Of a stretch of DNA of 31,279 nt, positions 26,455 to 31,279 are shown one piece after another. How positions within the stretch are numbered: the first letter of the stretch is position 1; the number at the start of each line of letters is the position of its first letter. The translations under genes were made by a program, and so were the position numbers. The DNA lies in IMG/VR virus record IMGVR_UViG_3300025276_000128, positions 1 through 31,279 of that record; one strand, written 5' to 3'. The notes under the pieces are model-generated. The model saw only the letters and a list, made by a program, of their open reading frames with translations, ran no database searches and was not told the DNA's origin. The stretch is from a virus. Its lineage: Duplodnaviria > Caudoviricetes.

Positions 26455-26841
26455 TTATACTTTAATTATTTTTTGATTTCTACCTACTCTAAATTCAGCA
26501 CCTCTATATAAGGTAATAACAACAAAAGATAAATCTTCTCCTTTCTTTTCCATTACACCTACAACAGTTAAACCATCAGATTCTCTTTGCAGAACAAAAC
26601 GGTCATCGCCAATATCCATAGTATCATCAACTAAATCTTTTATCATATCTACGGTTGCTTTGCTTATTACAGAATTTACTTCTTTAAAAGTAACTGGTTC
26701 ATATGCAGAATTACCTTGTTTATCTTTTCGATTTAATCTTTCGATTGCATGAGTAGTTGATTCAATATCAATATCAAACTTAATCTTTCTGGATATATGT
26801 CCTTCACTCTTTTCGTTTAATATTTCTTTGTAACTCTTCAT
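26455..26841 (-). CDS. leader-tagged protein with RelE/BECR-like RNase signature
   Basis: MKSYKEILNE; TTHAIERLNR near N-terminus and FVVITLY C-terminal strand. Confidence 0.5.
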   Translation of the reverse strand: MKSYKEILNEKSEGHISRKIKFDIDIESTTHAIERLNRKDKQGNSAYEPVTFKEVNSVISKATVDMIKDLVDDTMDIGDDRFVLQRESDGLTVVGVMEKKGEDLSFVVITLYRGAEFRVGRNQKIIKV

Positions 26842-27011
26842 ATTGATATCATTTAATCTATTTAATACTATCTATTACAATAGTAATACAGTTGTACTAT
26901 ATATTACCCCTGGAGAATTATACAATTATTAAATGCACAAGTAGCACCCTTTATTTTATTTTTAGTCATTTATTTTTGATTAAATAATTAACAAAGTCAA
27001 ATGAAAACAAA

Positions 27012-27284
27012 ATGAAAAATTTAAAACACTTTAAAGAATTATTAGAGTCACAAAAGGCACTTGATTATTCAAAACTTAGTAAGTTAACAGTTACTAATTC
27101 GGATGGTTCTAAAACTGTTCATAGTGCATCGGATGGTTCTAAAACTGTTGCAGAAAGTAAACCGGATGATTCTAAGGACACTAAAGAAACTAAGAAAATA
27201 GACCAATATAAATCTGACGAACAAAAAGAAAGTGAATCAGAAGGTTCTGAAACTGCATCTGAAGAAGGTAAAAGTGAAGAATAA
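27012..27284 (+). CDS. low-complexity protein with variant leader
   Basis: MKNLKHFKELLE; S/E/K-rich; TAAATA at 26981-26986. Confidence 0.6.
   Translation: MKNLKHFKELLESQKALDYSKLSKLTVTNSDGSKTVHSASDGSKTVAESKPDDSKDTKETKKIDQYKSDEQKESESEGSETASEEGKSEE
27099..27149 (+). repeat. 21-bp direct repeat, period 30 (SDGSKTV x2)
   Basis: TCGGATGGTTCTAAAACTGTT at 27099-27119 and 27129-27149. Confidence 0.85.
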
Positions 27285-27285
27285 T

Positions 27286-27819
27286 TTACTTTGCTTTGAA
27301 ACTATGTTTTTTTCCTATTAGTTGTTTAGCAATTTCTTTATCACTATCACTAATTTTTAGATTTTGTTTGTTACTACTAAACATTACGTACATATAACAT
27401 TCAGTATCTTTTGTGATGATTTGATGGATTGCGTTTCTTGGGATAATATACACATCTCCTTTTTTCAATTTTGTATTTGTACATTTGTCATAACATTGAC
27501 CATCTAAAATTGTAATGATTTCCCATTCTTTACTATGAAAATGTTGTGCTGAAAAACTATTTTCTTGATGATGTACTAATAAACTTTTGTAATCTTTACC
27601 TTTATGTAAACCCATTGTATGGATTCCTTTTCCGATTGGGTCCTCTAATTCAATCCATTTGTTTTTTAAGGTCTGAATGTCTTTACTATTGACATCAGGA
27701 AAGTCCATTGTAGTATTTGAAACAATATCTTTTACCCTTGTAAGTGATTCTACAGCTTCTGTATATGTTTCACTTTTTTTGTTGGTAAAAATTATGTCAA
27801 ATATATTAAGGTCCTTCAT
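27286..27819 (-). CDS. cupin domain protein
   Basis: HFH..EWE..ILDG and GDVYIIPRNAIH cupin motifs. Confidence 0.8.
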   Translation of the reverse strand: MKDLNIFDIIFTNKKSETYTEAVESLTRVKDIVSNTTMDFPDVNSKDIQTLKNKWIELEDPIGKGIHTMGLHKGKDYKSLLVHHQENSFSAQHFHSKEWEIITILDGQCYDKCTNTKLKKGDVYIIPRNAIHQIITKDTECYMYVMFSSNKQNLKISDSDKEIAKQLIGKKHSFKAK

Positions 27820-27931
27820 TTCGTTTCCGTCTTTGTTTATTTAATCGTTTGTATTTTATTAAATCTTAATTTAAAGAAGAATGTATGCATAATAGACCAA
27901 TGTACCGTTTTAATCTACCAAGTATGCTACT

Positions 27932-28186
27932 TTATTTGCTCAACATTCCTTTTATCTCGCTAAGAATTTTTAATATTTCTGCTTTATGTTTTAAATCCTC
28001 TTCTTTATCATCAGTCATAGAACTAGCTTTAGTTTCCCACATTGTCGTTAATTTAATAACATCTTGAGAAAGTTTATCTTTTGCTTTTTCTGTCTCCATC
28101 AATCTTTTAGCCAACCACCATATAACAACAGCCATAATAACGACCATTCCCATCTGCTCAACTAACCACTTTGTTATCTCGTCCAT
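27932..28186 (-). CDS. single-TM protein with coiled-coil tail (BhlA-like holin architecture, tentative)
   Basis: N-terminal TM MGMVVIMAVVIWWL, then charged heptad region; TAAATA upstream. Confidence 0.5.
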   Translation of the reverse strand: MDEITKWLVEQMGMVVIMAVVIWWLAKRLMETEKAKDKLSQDVIKLTTMWETKASSMTDDKEEDLKHKAEILKILSEIKGMLSK

Positions 28187-28242
28187 TTCCAGTATAAACT
28201 TTTTTCTTAATTTATTTAATCAAATCATATTTACTTATCAAC

Positions 28243-28274
28243 AAAAAAGTCTAGAAAGAAACTTCCTAGACTTT
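28243..28274 (-). terminator. intrinsic terminator
   Basis: AAAGTCTAG/CTAGACTTT stem followed by T-tract on minus strand. Confidence 0.7.
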
Positions 28275-28297
28275 ATGAATAAATTATAAAGGTAAAA

Positions 28298-28495
28298 TTA
28301 GTAAAAAGTACCTATCAACATAGATGAAAGTAATTTCCATCCACCGAAAGATAATACAAAACCTATTACTAATGATAACATTTTATCTTTCTTAGGCATT
28401 GCGGCATCGGAACTACTTTTTACTCCTTTTATAACAACATATCCACACCAAATGCTTACTATTGCAAAAATAAAATCAAGTACTACCATTTCCAA
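28298..28495 (-). CDS. small two-TM membrane protein
   Basis: Two hydrophobic helices. Confidence 0.65.
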   Translation of the reverse strand: MEMVVLDFIFAIVSIWCGYVVIKGVKSSSDAAMPKKDKMLSLVIGFVLSFGGWKLLSSMLIGTFY

Positions 28496-28769
28496 ATTCT
28501 TTATATAGCCTAACTACCTTTTCTTTTTTTTCTTTTATCAGATCATCATCGAGACCAGGTACAATACCTAATTCAACAATCATTTCATAAACAGCAACTA
28601 AGTCTGCAATTTCATAACTAATCTTTTGAGCGTTATTCAAATCACTTTCAAATTTACTATCGAATCCAAATCTGTGGGCTTTACTTATAGCTTGAATAAC
28701 TTCTGCACATTCCTCTCCTAATGTACTAAGCAAGTACGATTCTGGAGGGTAATCCTTGTTTATTTCCAT
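28476..28769 (-). CDS. MazG-like nucleotide pyrophosphohydrolase
   Basis: EECAEVIQAISK..RFG and EIADL (EExxE...ExxD). Confidence 0.8.
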   Translation of the reverse strand: MEINKDYPPESYLLSTLGEECAEVIQAISKAHRFGFDSKFESDLNNAQKISYEIADLVAVYEMIVELGIVPGLDDDLIKEKKEKVVRLYKEFGNGST

Positions 28770-28788
28770 AACAATATTTTATTTTTAA

Positions 28789-29004
28789 TCATTTAATTAA
28801 ATCTTCTAGGTTAATATCGTACTCCTTAAACACTTCTTGTATTTTACTTTGAAATTGTGTTGCTGTAAACTCATATCCCCATTTATTTTTAGATATCTTT
28901 TGAATTTCTAACAAAGCTAATGCCATATCTAAGGATTTAACACATCTTAAATGCGACATTACATCTTCTAAATCTTCTAAATCGAATTCTAACTTTGCTT
29001 TCAT
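28789..29004 (-). CDS. hypothetical phage protein
   Basis: 71-aa ORF starting MKAKLEFDL. Confidence 0.7.
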   Translation of the reverse strand: MKAKLEFDLEDLEDVMSHLRCVKSLDMALALLEIQKISKNKWGYEFTATQFQSKIQEVFKEYDINLEDLIK

Positions 29005-29007
29005 CTT

Positions 29008-29235
29008 TTATTTATAGGTAGTAAACAAATCTAATTTGAATTTTTCTAAGGTAGATAATTTATCTTCTGCATCAACTAACTTTTGTAGGGCTTGTTCAGC
29101 ATTGGCATAAAAATCATCCGTAGAGTGGTCACCGATTCCGGCAGGATGTTCAGTTAAAAGTGTAATAGTTGTGATTGCTTCTTCCTTTTCGGATAGAGCT
29201 TTAGTTTTTAATAATCTGTACAATTGTTCTTTCAT
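29008..29235 (-). CDS. hypothetical phage protein (helical hairpin, PxGIGDH motif)
   Basis: 75-aa ORF; HPAGIGDH between two helices. Confidence 0.7.
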   Translation of the reverse strand: MKEQLYRLLKTKALSEKEEAITTITLLTEHPAGIGDHSTDDFYANAEQALQKLVDAEDKLSTLEKFKLDLFTTYK

Positions 29236-29273
29236 AGTGTATTCTTTTATATTAAAGCTTAATAATAGGTATT

Positions 29274-29405
29274 TTATTTTGTATTAGACTTTAAATAGTT
29301 GTAGTACTTTTTAAGTGATTTACCTAGTTCTTTACTAGATTCACTTTTCTTAATCAATTTGATAATGAAATCGCTATCTAAAACGATATTCTTTTCTTTA
29401 CTCAT
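29274..29405 (-). CDS. small hypothetical protein (43 aa, not in ORF track)
   Basis: MSKEKNIVLDSDFIIKLIKKSESSKELGKSLKKYYNYLKSNTK fills the gap in operon orientation. Confidence 0.55.
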   Translation of the reverse strand: MSKEKNIVLDSDFIIKLIKKSESSKELGKSLKKYYNYLKSNTK

Positions 29406-29416
29406 TTGTCCTTTAT

Positions 29417-29686
29417 TTAATAGTATGTATAACCTAATGCTTTTCTAATTCTCTTTGATAATGCACCTCTATCTTTTGGCATTTTACCGTTTAATCTATC
29501 TACAATCCAGGCACCTGAGGTGCATAAGTGGTCTGAAAAGTTTTCTACGTTATTTGTAAAGTTGTATGGGGACTTTCCCGGATTCTTTTCGATGTATTTG
29601 TTAGTGTCTTCAACAATTTCCATCCATAGGGCATCAAAGGTTTCTTGATGAGCTTTCATTTTTTCAATGTATGTTTCTTTTTCCAT
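29417..29686 (-). CDS. hypothetical protein
   Basis: 89-aa ORF. Confidence 0.7.
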   Translation of the reverse strand: MEKETYIEKMKAHQETFDALWMEIVEDTNKYIEKNPGKSPYNFTNNVENFSDHLCTSGAWIVDRLNGKMPKDRGALSKRIRKALGYTYY

Positions 29687-29733
29687 AATATATATTTTTA
29701 TAACTTAATGGTTTTAGAATTAGAACTTCTGGA

Positions 29734-29820
29734 TTACTTTTTTCTAAGAGAATCCACTAAGGTAAGTGCTAATCCTATTGAAATGATTATTCCGATTATG
29801 TTAAATGTTTGGTCCTCCAT
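29734..29820 (-). CDS. 28-aa single-TM peptide (not in ORF track)
   Basis: MEDQTFNIIGIIISIGLALTLVDSLRKK. Confidence 0.5.
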   Translation of the reverse strand: MEDQTFNIIGIIISIGLALTLVDSLRKK

Positions 29821-29852
29821 ATAGTTATGTAGTGCTCTTACATCTTGTATCT

Positions 29853-30077
29853 TTAAAAATCACTGTATAGTTTATCAAAAAATGTTTCTGCAGCTTCGGC
29901 ATCTTCCCATTCTCCTATTCTTTCTTTATTACTTGTTAAAGTAAAATGAATCCTGTTATTAATTCTTTCAATATCTACAATATTATCAAGGTTCAGCATC
30001 ACGGTATTGAATTCATCTTTTCCTGTATTGTTATGAAAAATATTTTTCTTTACCTTTATTTTAACTAAATATGCCAT
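29853..30077 (-). CDS. hypothetical protein (beta-rich, FlbD/LytTR-like pattern)
   Basis: VMLNLDNIVDIE..RIHFTL. Confidence 0.65.
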   Translation of the reverse strand: MAYLVKIKVKKNIFHNNTGKDEFNTVMLNLDNIVDIERINNRIHFTLTSNKERIGEWEDAEAAETFFDKLYSDF

Positions 30078-30082
30078 AGTTC

Positions 30083-30229
30083 TTATTTTTTAAGTACCCA
30101 TTTGAGAACTTCGATTTCTAATTTAATATCTTCTATTGCACTTCTACAATGGGGTTGATGTTCATTAAAATGTTTAAGATTTCCTTGTAGATATTTTAAT
30201 TGTTTCGTAACTTTTTTCTTTTTTCTCAT
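30083..30229 (-). CDS. small hypothetical protein (48 aa, not in ORF track)
   Basis: MRKKKKVTKQL...EIEVLKWVLKK fills the gap. Confidence 0.6.
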   Translation of the reverse strand: MRKKKKVTKQLKYLQGNLKHFNEHQPHCRSAIEDIKLEIEVLKWVLKK

Positions 30230-30233
30230 CTCT

Positions 30234-30566
30234 TCATTTTATACCGTTAAATGCGTTATCTCCTAATCCAGGATTGTAATCTAAGTTTGACATCGTATCT
30301 GGATAAACCTTAGAAACTTCAGCATTGTTCATGTGTTTCATTAAATTATTCATGCATTCTACTATACTAGTTCCAACGCCATAAGGTACAGGAAGAACAT
30401 TTTCATTTAACCATTGTTCTAATTCATAGGAAATATCTTCATTGTTTATATCTTGTACTATATCGTGGTCTTCTGCACAATTAAATGCTACGTACTTGCC
30501 ACCGTATCTTAAATTTACAAGGGTCAGAGGATATATATCTTCCCATTCTGTGTATATTCTTTTCAT
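30234..30566 (-). CDS. hypothetical protein (start moved to ATG at 30566, MKRIY)
   Basis: ORF-track start overlaps the upstream lipoprotein gene. Confidence 0.65.
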   Translation of the reverse strand: MKRIYTEWEDIYPLTLVNLRYGGKYVAFNCAEDHDIVQDINNEDISYELEQWLNENVLPVPYGVGTSIVECMNNLMKHMNNAEVSKVYPDTMSNLDYNPGLGDNAFNGIK

Positions 30567-30571
30567 AATTT

Positions 30572-30748
30572 TTAATTTGGATTGTATAATGGATAATAGC
30601 ATCCTACTTCATTAGTAACACTATCCTCTTTGAATTCAACAGGAATAGGTTCTTCATTTGTAATCTTTTCTTTTTCACAGGCACTTAAAAATAAAAGTAC
30701 AATTAGTAGTAGTGCTGTTATTGCTGATATTGTTTTTAATGTATTCAT
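30572..30748 (-). CDS. small lipoprotein (58 aa, not in ORF track)
   Basis: Signal peptide MNTLKTISAITALLLIVLLF, lipobox LSAC, then EKEK. Confidence 0.7.
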   Translation of the reverse strand: MNTLKTISAITALLLIVLLFLSACEKEKITNEEPIPVEFKEDSVTNEVGCYYPLYNPN

Positions 30749-30784
30749 TTCTTTTTTTTAGTTAGTAGTTGAACAGTTATCCAA

Positions 30785-30979
30785 CTAGCGATTATTATTA
30801 TTAAAATTTTCATCATCTATGCAATTTTTATTTTGTTCTTTATATTTATTAGAACATCTACATACAGTGCATAATCGTTCTCCAGCTAATACTAATCCAA
30901 GTTTAGGTATATGTAAAGTTTCTTTTTTACACTTGCGACAAAACTGCCAACCCTCTTGATGTATTTTACCTTTTTTCAT
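30785..30979 (-). CDS. small zinc-ribbon protein
   Basis: CRKC...H...CTVC. Confidence 0.65.
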   Translation of the reverse strand: MKKGKIHQEGWQFCRKCKKETLHIPKLGLVLAGERLCTVCRCSNKYKEQNKNCIDDENFNNNNR

Positions 30980-31271
30980 CTTTGTTTTGGTTATCTATAT
31001 AAGGTTTAAGTACTTCATATACGAATTGTTCTGCAATATGCATTCCCCATTCAAGTATAGGTCGTGCCATACTATCACAACCAAAGAATGTTTTGACACC
31101 CTGTACTTTAATATCTACACCAAGTCTCCCTGCTTTTGCATATTCATCAGGTTTAAGTCTATACATTTCAGTTGATAGTAATTCAATATCAGTTCCTCCG
31201 AATGTTTTCTTTAGTACTTCAATTGCCATTAGTATAATCGGAGATATTTCTGAAAGGTCTTCTTTACTCAT
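30966..31271 (-). CDS. hypothetical protein
   Basis: 101-aa ORF overlapping the next gene. Confidence 0.7.
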   Translation of the reverse strand: MSKEDLSEISPIILMAIEVLKKTFGGTDIELLSTEMYRLKPDEYAKAGRLGVDIKVQGVKTFFGCDSMARPILEWGMHIAEQFVYEVLKPYIDNQNKDEKR

Positions 31272-31279
31272 TTTTGTTT

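Noticed and set aside
27286-27819. Cupin protein as another leader-tagged cargo (MKDLNIFDII)
   Set aside because: Matches only the first half of the leader and lacks the (L/I)xE at positions 8-10, so it was not counted.
510-31175. Short plus-strand and nested ORFs from the track (e.g. 510..695, 1947..2147, 2441..2644, 3846..4091, 5980..6231, 8340..8531, 10565..11704, 14310..14762, 16297..16626, 20689..21078, 27885..28067, 30987..31175)
   Set aside because: They overlap well-supported genes antisense or out of frame, and their composition is typical of shadow ORFs.
1-31279. Stop-codon reassignment as in some large phages
   Set aside because: Long genes (nrdA, terL, the structural gene) are intact in the standard code, and TAA, TAG and TGA all end tightly packed genes.
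1-31279. tRNA or rRNA genes
   Set aside because: Intergenic gaps are short and AT-rich and no cloverleaf or T-loop motif was seen by eye; tRNAscan-SE would confirm.

Overview
AT-rich, gene-dense segment of a large T4-like (myovirus/jumbo-type) bacteriophage genome, read in the standard code, with almost all genes on the minus strand. A Bacteroidota host is inferred from the absence of Shine-Dalgarno motifs, a lipoprotein with an LSAC-EKEK lipobox and the promoter shape. Recognisable core genes: T4 gp17-like large terminase (+ strand), a separated gp16-like small terminase, class Ia ribonucleotide reductase alpha subunit with a ~75-aa insert in the active-site loop, a gp14-like neck protein, a PD-(D/E)XK nuclease, a MazG-like enzyme, an N-formylglutamate amidohydrolase and a glycosyltransferase/methyltransferase cassette. 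The main signal is that about 19 otherwise unrelated ORFs start with the same ~10-aa leader (consensus MKxLNEFLNE). It matches the T4 internal-protein capsid-targeting sequence (MKTYQEFIAE) and ends in a prohead-protease-type (L/I)xE site. The tagged cargo includes a 2H phosphoesterase, an ADP-ribosyltransferase-like domain, a GNAT-like domain, a ParB-like domain, a restriction-endonuclease-like protein, a RelE/BECR-like protein and a polyprotein with modules bounded by (L/I)NE. This suggests a large arsenal of capsid-packaged, co-injected effectors. Five copies of an early-promoter cassette (TTGCAA-N17-TAYMTT, mostly with a covarying 5' hairpin) and T4-like late TAAATA boxes are also visible.
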